Assembly: GCA_965235115.1 (NCBI GenBank)
Contig: OZ249436.1
Coordinates: 6,512,001 to 6,576,000 of the forward strand
DNA: 64,000 bases
Reading direction: 5' to 3'
Source: Laetmonice hystrix
Lineage: Eukaryota
In this document: positions 12,845-26,124 of the stretch, piece after piece
Numbering within the stretch: the first letter of the stretch is position 1
Layout of the letters: every line of letters starts with the position of its first letter
The notes under the pieces: model-generated
What the model was told of the DNA's origin: nothing
Databases searched by the model: none
The model's input: the letters and a program-made list of their open reading frames with translations, nothing else
Made by a program: the position numbers and the translations under genes

Positions 12845-14789
12845 GCCCTCCATCTATCCTACCCGCGTTAATCCTCTCCTAGTTCATCCTCTCCGCCCTC
12901 CATCTATCCTACCCGCGTTAATCCTCTCCTAGTTCATCCTCTCCGCCCTCCATCTATCCTACCCGCGTTAATCCTCTCCTAGTTCATCCTCTCCGCCCTC
13001 CATCTATCCTACCCGCGTTAATCCTCTCCTAGTTCATCCTCTCCGCCCTCCATCTATCCTACCCGCGTTAATCCTCTCCTAGTTCATCCTCTCCGCCCTC
13101 CATCTATCCTACCCGCGTTAATCCTCTCCTAGTTCATCCTCTCCGCCCTCCATCTATCCTACCCGCGTTAATCCTCTCCTAGTTCATCCTCTCCGCCCTC
13201 CATCTATCCTACCCGCGTTAATCCTCTCCTAGTTCATCCTCTCCGCCCTCCATCTATCCTACCCGCGTTAATACTCTCCTAGTTCATCCTCTCCGCCCTC
13301 CATCTATCCTACCCGCGTTAATCCTCTCCTAGTTCATCCTCTCCGCCCTCCATCTGTCCTACCCGCGTTAATCCTCTCCTAGTTCATCCTCTCCGTCCTT
13401 CATCTATCCTACCCGCGTTAATCCTCTCCTAGTTCATCCTCTCCGCCCTCCATCTGTCCTACCCGCGTTAATCCTCTCCTAGTTCATCCTCTCCGCCCTT
13501 CATAGGTCCTACCCGCGTTAATCCTCTCCTAGTTCATCCTCTCCGTCCTTCATCTATCCTACCCGCGTTAATCCTCTCCTAGTCCATCCTCTCCGCCCTC
13601 CATCTATCCTACCCGCGTTAATCCTCTCCTAGTCCATCCTCTCCGCCCTCCATCTATCCTACCCGCGTTAATCCTCTCCTAGTTCATCCTCTCCGCCCTC
13701 CATCTATCCTACCCGCGTTAATCCTCTCCTAGTTCATCCTCTCCGCCCTCCATCTATCCTACCCGCGTTAATCCTCTCCTAGTCCATCCTCTCCGCCCTC
13801 CATCTATCCTACCCGCGTTAATCCTCTCCTAGTTCATCCTCTCCGCCCTCCATCTATCCTACCCGCGTTAATCCTCTCCTAGTTCATCCTCTCCGCCCTC
13901 CATCTATCCTACCCGCGTTAATCCTCTCCTAGTTCATCCTCTCCACCCTCCATCTATCCTACCCGCGTTAATCCTCTCCTAGTTCATCCTCTCCGCCCTC
14001 CATCTATCCTACCCGCGTTAATCCTCTCCTAGTTCATCCTCTCCGCCCTCCATCTATCCTACCCGCGTTAATCCTCTCCTAGTTCATCCTCTCCGCCCTC
14101 CATCTATCCTACCCGCGTTAATCCTCTCCTAGTTCATCCTCTCCGCCCTCCATCTATCCTACCCGCGTTAATCCTCTCCTAGTTCATCCTCTCCGCCCTC
14201 CATCTATCCTACCCGCGTTAATCCTCTCCTAGTTCATCCTCTCCGCCCTCCATCTATCCTACCCGCGGTAATCCTCTCCTAGTTCATCCTCTCCGCCCTC
14301 CATCTATCCTACCCGCGTTAATCCTCTCCTAGTTCATCCTCTCCGCCCTCCATCTATCCTACCCGCGTTAATCCTCTCCTAGTTCATCCTCTCCGCCCTC
14401 CATCTATCCTACCCGCGTTAATCCTCTCCTAGTTCATCCTCTCCGCCCTCCATCTATCCTACCCGCGTTAATCCTCTCCTAGTTCATCCTCTCCGCCCTC
14501 CATCTATCCTACCCGCGTTAATCCTATCCTAGTTCATCCTCTCCGCCCTCCATCTATCCTACCCGCGTTAATCTTCTCCTAGTTCATCCTCTCCGCCCTC
14601 CATCTATCCTACCCGCGTTAATCCTCTCCTAGTTCATCCTCTCCGCCCTCCATCTATCCTACCCGCGTTAATCTTCTCCTAGTTCATCCTCTCCGCCCTC
14701 CATCTATCCTACCCGCGTTAATCCTCTCCTAGTTCATCCTCTCCACCCTCCATCTATCCTACCCGCGTTAATACTCTCCTAGTTCATCC
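12845..14789. repeat. 50-bp pyrimidine-rich minisatellite, ~39 copies
   Basis: Unit CATCTATCCTACCCGCGTTAATCCTCTCCTAGTTCATCCTCTCCGCCCTC. Confidence 0.99.
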
Positions 14790-16390
14790 ACCACTTCGTC
14801 TATGCATGAGAGACAGAGATCAACTCCCAGGGCAATTGCCTTCCAGGCTCCTATGAGAAATCTAAGCACGAAGTTGTTTTTATCCGCCCGGGATAGTATC
14901 CAGTGCTGGTGTAGAGTTCGCTGTGATGTGAGCCACCCCACAGACTTAGCACCAAGGGTGATACCCTCAGGATATGGGTAAAAACACTTGCTACCCTCAA
15001 CACCAGTAGCGGCTGGCCTCATACTGCATAAATTGACAAATGTGCCATTTCCCCTGCCGTATTGAGCAAACCCAGACCGAATCCTATAGTTAGAAAGTTC
15101 TCCCATGGAAACCGATTGTTGTATAGTTTACACAAGGATCCTGAATCTTATTTCCATATAAGGAGAAAACAAGGCGATGGTTGTGCTGAAAAATATTCCA
15201 GGGGGAGTAATGGTTATGTGCAATATGTCAAAGGAATGTAAATCAGTGAAGGGCAAATGGCACTTTCTTTGGTTCAATCACGTTAACAAACCAACTGCCT
15301 ACTTCAAGAATGGAAAATCAATCGGAATTCCACATTTTTCCCCTCAGTAGCTCAGCCATAAAAACACTAAGGCAATCTCTCGGTGCAAGTTTTGGTCATA
15401 AGCCTTGAGGGCGGAGTGGGGAGCAGGGGGTCAGGGTGTCTGTCAGGCCAGTTAATCACCCTGAGAGGAGCATGAAAGCACAGAAGGTTAGTCGGTGACC
15501 GCCGAGCTCGGCATAGCAATTGCTGTGATCTGCAGGTGGCGGGTCTGTCGAGGGTTGAAGCAGGTAATGAGGAATGATCACAGAGACGGTACAGAGACTC
15601 CATCGGCCCTGGCCAGCCTTGCACAGGTGTTCTCATCGAGACCCTATTAAATCCTTCACTCAACCCTCATTCACTAACAATCACAGACCTCTGAGGACAG
15701 GCAGTCTAGTGAAGGTTACGGGAAATCTGCCAGAAGTACATCAACTCAAGTACTTGGTCTGCCGGGGCATCGTCAAGGGTGCTTAATCGTAATGTCACAA
15801 CGGCTCGGCGATCTAGAGGTCATCAAGAATGGGCATTATTCTGCTGGAGTGGTGAAACATTGGATTTAGAGTCCCACATTCTAGAAAACACTGAGGTGTC
15901 GATTACACATGCAAATGACAGATTCTTGCTCTTCGTTTTTATATCAAATAGGAGTTGCAAATGCAAACCACTTTCATTTTTTAAGGGAAATCCTAGATCC
16001 TGCCTGCGCACTAGTTACAGCCCTGCTTATTTATGCTCATAATCCTCCACCGGTATGGTTCACGGATGTCATTTTTAGCGAACGGGAGATCCAACTAAAG
16101 GCTATGCCAGTCACATCTTGTGCATCTTTTCCCACTGAAGTGAGTTTGACAGGTGTAGATATTTTTAGCATGATGGCGCCCTGAGAATACACGCCCGGCA
16201 GCCACAGTGACACGAATCGGAGTAAATCGAGATTAGTTGATATTCCTACTGGCTCATAGATCTTCATTCCTGTCCTCCATAAGGCGGCTGGGTCGAGTGG
16301 ACAGAGGTGTTTAGTAAATACCACTTATTGCATTCTGACGCCATGCTGAGTTATGTCTGCAGTACGGACCAGTATTATACAGCCTGGGTT

Positions 16391-19251
16391 TGACTGAGGC
16401 ACCCACACACTTCACGGTAACTGACTGAAGCACCCACAGACTTCACGGTAGCTGACTGAAGTATGCCCACACACTTCACGGTAACAGACTGAAGTATGCC
16501 CACACACTTCACGGTAACTGACTGAAGCACTCACACACTTCACGGTAACTGACTGAAGTATGACCTCACACTTCACGGTAACAGACTGAAGTATGCCCAC
16601 ACACTTCACGGTAACTGACTGAAGCACCCACACACTTCACGGTAACTGACTGAAGCACCCACACACTTCACGGTAACTGACTGAAGCACCCACACACTTC
16701 ACGGTAACTGACTGAGGCACCCACACACTTCACGGTAACTGACTGAAGTATGCCCACACACTTCACGGTAACTGACTGAAGTATGCCCACACACTTCACG
16801 GTAACTGACTGAAGCACCCACACACTTCACGGTAACTGACTGAAGCACCCACACACTTCACGGTAACTGACTGAAGCACCCACACACTTCACGGTAACTG
16901 ACTGAGGCACCACACACTTCACGGTAACTGACTGAAGTATGACCTCACACTTCACGGTAACTGACTGAAGTATGCCCTCACACTTCACGGTAACTGACTG
17001 AAGCACCCACACACTTCACGGTAACTGACTGAAGTATGCCCTCATACTTCACGGTAACTGACTGGTGCACCCACACACTTCACGGTAACTGACTGAAGTA
17101 TGCCCACACACTTCACGGTAACTGACTGAAGTATGCCCACACACTTCACGGTAACTGACTGAAGCACCCACACACTTCACGGTAACTGACTGGTGCACCC
17201 ACACACTTCACGGTAACTGACTGAAGTATGCCCACACACTTCACGGTAACTGACTGAAGTATGCCCACACACTTCACGGTAACTGACTGAAGTATGCCCA
17301 CACACTTCACGGTAACTGACTGAAGCACCCACACACTTTACGGTAACTGACTGAAGCACCCACACACTTCACGGTAACTGACTGAAGCACCCACACACTT
17401 CACGGTAACTGACTGAAGCACCCACACACTTCACGGTAACTGACTGAAGTATGCCCTCATACTTCACGGTAACTGACTGGTGCACCCACACACTTCACGG
17501 TAACTGACTGAAGTATGCCCACACACTTCACGGTAACTGACTGAAGTATGCCCACACACTTCACGGTAACTGACTGAAGCACCCACACACTTCACGGTAA
17601 CTGACTGAAGCACCCACACACTTCACGGTAACTGACTGAAGTATGCCCTCACACTTCACGGTAACTGACTGAAGTATGCCCACACACTTCACGGTAACTG
17701 ACTGAAGTATGCCCACACACTTCACGGTAACTGACTGAAGCACCCACACACTTTACGGTAACTGACTGAAGTATGACCACACACTTCACGGTAACTGACT
17801 GAAGCACCCACACACTTCACGGTAACTGACTGAAGCACCCACACACTTCACGGTTACTGACTGAAGCACCCTCACACTTCACGGTAACTGACTGAAGTAT
17901 GCCCACACACTTCACGGTAACTGACTGAAGTATGCCCACACACTTCACGGTAACTGACTGAAGTATGACCTCACACTTCACGGTAACTGACTGAAGCACC
18001 CACACACTTCACGGTAACTGACTGAAGTATGACCTCACACTTCACGGTAACTGACTGAAGTATGCCCACACACTTCACGGTAACTGACTGAAGTATGCCC
18101 ACACACTTCACGGTAACTGACTGAAGTATGCCCACACACTTCACGGTAACTGACTGAAGTATGCCCACACACTTCACGGTAACTGACTGAAGTATGACCT
18201 CACACTTCACGGTAACTGACTGAAGCATCCACACACTTCACGGTAACTGACTGAAGTATGACCTCACACTTCACGGTAACTGACTGAAGTATGACCTCAC
18301 ACTTCACGGTAACTGACTGAAGTATGACCTCACACTTCACGGTAACTGACTGAAGTATGCCCACACACTTCACGGTAACTGACTGAAGTATGCCCACACA
18401 CTTCACGGTAACTGACTGAAGCACCCACACACTTCACGGTAACAGACTGAAGTATGACCTCACACTTCACGGTAACTGACTGAAGCACCCACACACTTCA
18501 CGGTAACTGACTGAAGTATGACCACACACTTCACGGTAACTGACTGAAGTATGACCACACACTTCACGGTAACTGACTGAAGTATGCCCTCACACTTCAC
18601 GGTAACTGACTGAATCACCCACACACTTCACGGTAACTGACTGAAGTATGACCTCACACTTCACGGTAACTGACTGAAGCACCCACACACTTCACGGTAA
18701 CTGACTGAAGTATGCCCTCACACTTCACGGTAACTGACTGAAGTATGACCTCACACTTCACGGTATCTGACTGAAGTATGCCCACACACTTCACGGTAAC
18801 TGACTGAAGTATGACCTCACACTTCACGGTAACTGACTGAAGTATGCCCACACACTTCACGGTAACTGACTGAAGCACCCACACACTTCACGGTAACTGA
18901 CTGAAGCACCCTCACACTTCACGGTAACTGACTGAAGCACCCACACACTTCACGGTAACTGACTGAAGTATGCCCACACACGTCACGGTAACTGACTGAA
19001 GTATGCCCTCACACTTCACGGTAACTGACTGAAGCACCCACACACTTCACGGTAACTGACTGAAGTATGCCCACACACTTCACGGTAACTGACTGAAGTA
19101 TGCCCACACACTTCACGGTAACTGACTGAAGTATGACCTCACACGTCACGGTAACTGACTGAAGTATGCCCTCACACTTCACGGTAACTGACTGAAGTAT
19201 GCCCACACACTTCACGGTAACAGACTGAAGTATGACCTCACACTTCACGGT
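16391..19251. repeat. 31/33-bp minisatellite with interspersed variant units, ~88 copies
   Basis: Constant core CACTTCACGGTAACTGACTGAAG followed by CACCCACA, TATGCCCACA, TATGACCTCA or TATGCCCTCA. Confidence 0.99.
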
Positions 19252-20998
19252 ACCTGGACAGAATGCAAGCCACGTTGACCCAAAGATAAACCTATTGTCC
19301 TGTTTATAATATCGAGGACATTCATTCCAACCTGCCCAGGCTATCAAACCCACACACTGAAATACCTTTAAGACTTCAGTAACATGCACAGGAGACAAAG
19401 GACTGAGATGGCATCATCACGACAGCATGATCCCATTCTGGGGGAGGTGAACGACCCACTGAAAGAATTAAATGTAGCGATGGAGGAGTCGGATAATCTC
19501 CCTACCGTCGAAACCCAGCTACATGTCTGTACTACAACTCGCCCATATCTTGGCCTTCTCGGCCCGAGATTGGATGTGCTCACATGGCTGTGTTTGCCCT
19601 CTCTGTGCTCAGCTAATGTCAGACTCAACTATGTAGAAGAATGCAGGTGTGGAGAGTTTAGGGAATGGGTCCAGGCTTCATGTTGCCGAGGAGTACTTAG
19701 TGCAGTTGGGCATGAGAGAAGTGCCTCATTCTGTTGCTGAGAGCCGAGCTCGCCCACTGAACACGTGATAGGTTGGGAGTGCTTGCTGAATGAAACTAAA
19801 GCTTGGTACGCTAGGCACTCCATCACTGACGGAAGCCTGGGGTCCCCACCCTGACTCCCTCTCACACACGTTAAACCCTAACAGTGTGATGTCTATCTCT
19901 TCTACATTAAGGAATCAGGTTCACATGGTCATGGTAAATTAATGGAAATTAGATACATATTTCGTGTTCAATGATGTTCAAATGAAAGCGACTATGTGTA
20001 CCACATGTCGTGTAAAGATTTATGCTAACTATTCGAAGGCTTTCAGTCCGAACCAACCTCGATAGATGTTTTAAAAGTGATTGAATGGGTCTCTCAGATT
20101 GCTACCTGATGGCAGTTACCAATCTTGAAAGTAGGTGGCTCGGCCCAGGTGAATGTAAAAAGGGGGGCACTGAAGAATGTGGTCTATATTTCGAGAGGTA
20201 AACGGGTTCTCCACCAAACCACTTTTGTACAAATTAAACCCCTCGAGCTGTTCGTGGTTAGAGCTGCTTCCTCCAAGTTGTTTTCACGAGCCGTCCATCC
20301 AGTGCCAAATAAAAACGCGACCCTTAACCCCTGGTAATCACAAACTCCTTCTGCGATCGCACAGGATGTAAAACAAATAAACAGGCTACTGCTGGTGCTC
20401 CTCGGAATTTCCTTTATCATTTCTGATTATCCGTTCCAAAGACCGAGAGGTCGGTTATATTGAATTGTGGGGCGGGTTGGCGAGCTATGTGGGTGGTCTG
20501 AGAGGGGACGGATTCCCCTCCTATGACACCCGTGACCGGGGATCGATATCATGCACACTGTTAATATTGGTATTGCAACTATGGTCGTCGGCCTACCGGG
20601 CAGGGCGCTGAATGAAAGGACCCTGTGCTCTGACAGTCGGATGAGACGGACCATCGGAAAACACACCCGGCCCTCCGTGATGTGCCCACAGGGACTGGGC
20701 ATAATTGGTCTGAGAGTATGCCATCGCAAGGTCTGAGAATACTTGTTAGGACGTATATCTTAAAGTTAGTGGTTCTATCATAGAGCTCTTGTCGTATCAC
20801 GTGGACAATCGTTTTGACCTATTTATAAGGGGTTTACTAAAGATTCACCAGAAATGCAAAAAGGGCACAACCCCCTATTAAGGGACTTTGTCGAATTCTT
20901 TCTTCAGGAAAGTTAGAATTTTTAATTATATGGGTGAGTGTTGTTGTGTTGATTGTATTGGAATATCCTATTTAAATATATTTAGAGGAACCTTGCAA

Positions 20999-21283
20999 AA
21001 CTGTACTAGTGACTGGTACCGTCCGTCCCAGTGAAAAACACCATCAGAACTGTTCCAGCGACTGGTACCGTCCGTCCCAGTGAAAAACAACATCAAAACT
21101 GTTCCAGCGACTGGTACCGTCCGCCCCAGTGAAAAACAACATCAAAACTGTTCCAGTGACTGGTACCGTCCGCCCCAGTGAAAAACAACATCAAAACTGT
21201 TCCAGCGACTGGTACCGTCCGCCCCAGTGAAAAACAACATCAAAACTGTTCCAGCGACTGGTACTGTCCCCCCAGTGAAAAAT
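20999..21283. repeat. 49-bp minisatellite, ~6 copies
   Basis: Unit AACTGTTCCAGCGACTGGTACCGTCCGCCCCAGTGAAAAACAACATCAA. Confidence 0.95.
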
Positions 21284-23140
21284 AAAAACAGGGGATTGCC
21301 GTATGACTTGGAAATACAACCATGGATGATAGATGCGTATGAATGACTGTCAAAGTTATGTTTTACAGGGTCAAACAAATGCACTTCTTTTAGCATCTTG
21401 CCTGGCTCCATGAATACTTTATTCTGGGCACGCCTCTTGGTAAATAATGGCTGCCGGACCTTGCACAAGAGGTCCTGGCTTTTGCGCTTAGCTTATTTAG
21501 CGGGAGTTAACAGCAGCGATAGCGGTAGCATTAAAGGAAGCAGTAGGTTGCAGCCACAGGTAGGCCAAGTACTATCCATCACGTGCGAGTCGTTCCGATA
21601 TCGGGCTCCCTGTCAGCGGGACCCGGGGACATGGACGTCCAGTCGACTTAGCCCAGTTGTATCAGCGGCAGGATAAGGGTTTAAAGTCCGTTACCAGTAG
21701 GCGGGGTCAGTTATGGGCTCGTATCTCTGGGGAAGACAGCGGCTGCCTCACCAAGATTACAGTTACTGGTCCCAAGACCATCACCAAAAGTGGGAATCTT
21801 GGAAGGACTTGATGGCTCGGTATGGGCCCCGGTCGGTGATTGAGGTGGGAGGGAGACCCACAACAACCGTGATAATAATTCTGGGTTGTATGCCTTGTTT
21901 TTATAATGAGGCTACATGGGGAGATTAGAAAGAGGGTGTGGCCTGATGTGACTCCTTCTGTATAAGTTCAGTCCCTGGATGGTTTCACAGTGAGGAGTAC
22001 ACACCTACCGGGAGACAGTTAACACATACATCAGCCTCTGTATTAGTTATAATGGTTCCTCATCTCCTGCTGCAGACCTTAGATCTGTCAGAGCCTTTCT
22101 GTATGGAAACGTATGTGACGCCACAGCTGGCTAACTTTACATCACATCCTTAGGAAGGGAAATAGTGGAATTACCACTTTATATTTTTATAAAGAATTTC
22201 TGAACCATAGAGTACATGTAGATGGGATTTTTATGGTCAGATTCATACTACAAGCTGGTGGGCGCTTATTGACAGGAAATTGATCGTCAATGGAGCCGAC
22301 ACTGCCTTCCACTTATTTTGGTTTAGATATTCAAGCGGTAGTGAAGACGGACAGCCATCAATAGATCTTTACTCTGTCCTGCCCTCATGTGACCTTGTAG
22401 ATTGAACCTAATGCATTATACATATTGGTAGACGGCTCCCCAACGGTTAACAACACATGCACACACAAAGGTGGAAAAAGAGATTCATACGTTTGCTCAA
22501 TTACGCCTGAGAAAAACTGCTGTTAACTTGATGCCAAAGAGTGGAGATTTATTTCTCAGCTTGGAAAAAACATGTTTACACAGAGTGTACACAAGATTTC
22601 CATAGCTCGTACTTGATTTTCTTTGATTATGTTCTGATGTTTCAAAGCCGACTATTATTCTGATCGGAATTGAAAGGTATGGAAACAGTTCTGTGAATGA
22701 GAGATTGTAAAAGGATGCCTAGATAAATATACCCTGAATACAGAGCAGCGAAGTCGAACTGTATCAAGTTTGTATAAATTCAAGGTCTCCGGGAGAATAT
22801 ATGAATTGTGTAGGGATCTCTGGAAATGATGAAATATCTCTTTTGGATGGACCATACAAGCTCGGCAATTACCAACTTTTTACTGTTCAGAAACTCATGG
22901 TGCCCGATGTCCCATGGGCCGTTGAGATACAGATAGCTTAGTGTTCCAATCGTTTGGAGTTCCCTATGGAACATAATTCTGCGTGATTTGTGGGATCCTG
23001 CCAGTAAAACAAGCACCTGGAACACCTCCAAAAGTTCTACACGTATTTATTGGCATCCTGTCTTAGGGTCGATAGAGACGCCGTTTTATTCGTGCATTTC
23101 GAGACTGTTTGAAGTACTTAGCTTTGTCTGAAATACCGAT

Positions 23141-23230
23141 ACCATTGGTGTTTGCAAGGGCTGAGGCATTAGTCGCTATACCCCACCATTGGTGTTTGCA
23201 AGGGCTGAGGCATTAGTCGCTATACCCCAC
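23141..23230. repeat. 44-bp tandem duplication (2 copies)
   Basis: ACCATTGGTGTTTGCAAGGGCTGAGGCATTAGTCGCTATACCCC at 23141 and 23185. Confidence 0.92.
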
Positions 23231-25104
23231 ATGGACGGGGATCGCAATCACTGCATAGCAATATTCATAAATAATCTGTGGCATATACAGAATGTCCTTA
23301 AAAGGAAGCATCTATGCAAATGGTAATAGTTGATTACTTTGGTAGGGTTATATCAATATTCATATCAGACCAGGATGATTCCCGGACTATCTGTTTTTAA
23401 ACGCGGTGTATGTTATTTTACAGCTGGGAGATTAACTATTTAAGCTAATGTTTGTGTCTGTACTGATTAGATGCCTTCCTTTCATTGACCGAAAGGGACC
23501 TTAATAATTGTGATCTGCATGCAATACATTATCAGGACTTTTTTAATCATGGAGTTGGGTTAAAAGTTGGTCATTTATAGCGATTCGGCAGTCTGCACTG
23601 ATTGCATAGTGACAGCTCAATGAGATTAACACTCATTGAATAGAAATACCACGCAAAATATAGTGAGAATATTTTCATGACTTCATCGTGAGGCTGCTGA
23701 AAATAATGAACCCAGAGTAGGAAGTGAATAGTTTAACGTGGTGAATAGTTTAACATGGGTGGGATAACGTAGTCGACGAGAAATATGACAGATTGGGTTC
23801 TGCATGATATGCCCCCCCCCCCAGTATAAGCAAATATGCATGTTCGATAATACATTGATACGCACATTTAATTTACTGGGATTCACATAGTGAATGGCAT
23901 TCACAGTGAATGGCATTTCGCAGTTTGGTAATCTCATACAAGAATAGTCAGCCTACACTTTAAAAGTGGTGTTAGAAATCATGTCGCATTTTAACGAGTT
24001 TAGTTAAAAAATTAAATAGCCGGTAAACAGAGAATCCCATTTGTGTTGATTATTTTGCGATTTTTAAACAATTTTTTACTCCTACTACTGCTACCTGCTA
24101 CTCTTTATTTTGGTTGCAGATCCCAACCTCAGTGAGTGCATTTTGAACTGAAGCCTTACATAATGCTGCCTCTACACAGGCTGACTGGTCTACCCGCTAG
24201 TTTAATTTTCGTTTTACATTGATGTATTCATGATGCTCTGTCGGAATACTGCGTGACTTTGCGAGCGTAGATCTTGACAGTCTCATAAGACAGGGGCTGA
24301 GCTGAGGAGTGTCAATAAGGGATTCATAGTTGAGAGCAGTTAATCGCGACTGGAGGTAGGAATGAAGCCATGTTGGCTCTGGTGTCATTCGCTCGAGTCT
24401 ATTTACTGGGAGTAGTTAATCCACTCTGATGAACATGTGCCAAGATGATGCTATCAACTCCCCCTGCCGTCAGTCCACAGCAGTATCACCCGGCCTACCA
24501 TCCTCATACCTTATATGGTAGGCAGCTATCCCACCATGCATGTTAACTGGCTCCCCATTGGGTCCTTTCGTTCTGACGTGATCAATTTCAATCACAATCC
24601 GGTTTAATCCAGATCAAACTGCAGGGAGTCGGGGAACCCATCGGGGCAGAGATCCAGGGATCTGCTGGGAAGTTTTTAATGTGAAAAAATTACCAAGCGT
24701 GAAAAAAATACACCAGGAAATGAAAAAGAAAAAGATCTGTTGGAAGTGCGACACACTGCCATATGCAGGTTTTCTAAAACAAAATTTATGAGGAGTGTTT
24801 CATTATTGATTCGGTCCCTGTGCTGGGAATACAAGGTCATTGTTTGTGACGTGACTTCTGGCCAGGTATCAGGGTGGACAAACCACGAGGGAGTTCTCCT
24901 TGTCTTACACCGCCAAGGTCACCATCTGTGGCACGAGTTTCACTGCCTGTCCTTCTCAGTTTAAACTTTACTTTTCCGTACAGTCATTTAATCCAATTGG
25001 CCACTGTTGTCTACTGCTGATCTCTGTTGGGCAAGGTAGATCCTCGTGGTAGAATCCCCACCATATTTTGGTCGTAAGAACTGAGAATCTGTCACTATTC
25101 CGTA

Positions 25105-25216
25105 CCCCATACTTAATCCTAACCCTTACTCCCGGTCTCCAAAACACTTACCCATATCCCAACCGCACCCGCTAATCCTAACCCTAATCCTAATGTTACA
25201 TTAGGGAACTAACCCA
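25105..25216. repeat. Degenerate (CCCTAA)n-like tract
   Basis: Contains TAATCCTAACCCTTA, CTAATCCTAACCCTAATCCTAA and one TTAGGG; short and imperfect. Confidence 0.5.
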
Positions 25217-25228
25217 GAACAGGGATCT

Positions 25229-26124
25229 TCAGGACTCCGTGGACAAGACGTTCACCGCCAGGGCGGCATTATGTGGTTGTGTGGAGGGATGGTCGCTGCT
25301 CATGGACAGAAATCGTCTCTGGCGGCCTCAGGACTCCGTGACTCCGTGGACAAGATGCCCACCGTCAGGGGCGGCAGTATGTGGTCCACCGTCAGGGGCG
25401 GCAGTATGTGGTCCACCGTCAGGGGCGGCAGTATGTGGTCCACCGTCAGGGCGGCAGTATGTGGTCCACCGTCAGGGCGGCAGTATGTGGTCCACCGTCA
25501 GGGCGGCAGTATGTGGTCCACCGTCAGGGCGACAGTATGTGGTCCACCGTCAGGGGCGGCAGTATGTGGTCCACCGTCAGGGCGGCAGTATGTGGTCCAC
25601 CGTCAGGGGCGGCAGTATGTGGTCCACCGTCAGGGCGGCAGTATGTGGTCCACCGTCAGGGCGGCAGTATGTGGTCCACCGTCAGGGCGGCAGTATGTGG
25701 TCCACCGTCAGGGGCGGCAGTATGTGGTCCACCGTCAGGGCGGCAGTATGTGGTCCACCGTCAGGGCGGCAGTATGTGGTCCACCGTCAGGGCGGCAGTA
25801 TGTGGTCCACCGTCAGGGCGACAGTATGTGGTCCACCGTCAGGGGCGGCAGTATGTGGTCCACCGTCAGGGCGGCAGTATGTGGTCCACCGTCAGGGGCG
25901 GCAGTATGTGGTTGTGTGGAGGGATGGTCGCTGCTCATGGACAGAAATCGTCTTCGGCGGCCTCAGGACTCCGTGACTCCGTGGACAAGACTTTCACCGT
26001 CAGGGGCAGCAGTATGTGGTCCACCGTCAGGGCGGCAGTATGTGGTCCACCGTCAGGGCGGCAGTATGTGGTCCACCGTCAGGGCGGCAGTATGTGGTCC
26101 ACCGTCAGGGCGGCAGTATGTGGT
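25229..26124. repeat. Compound repeat: 28/29-bp array nested inside a duplicated ~100-bp block
   Basis: Unit GGCGGCAGTATGTGGTCCACCGTCAG(G)G. The block GTTGTGTGGAGGGATGG...GACTCCGTGGACAAGA occurs at ~25276 and ~25911. Confidence 0.96.

Noticed and set aside
16391..19251. CRISPR array (constant repeat plus variable spacer)
   Set aside because: The variable parts are only 8-10 bp and reused many times, there are no cas genes, and the context is eukaryotic.
20488..20730. Possible second decayed SINE (GACCGGGGATCGATATC resembles a B-box region)
   Set aside because: The B box is too degenerate, and there is no clear A box, tail or TSD; it cannot be supported without a library search.
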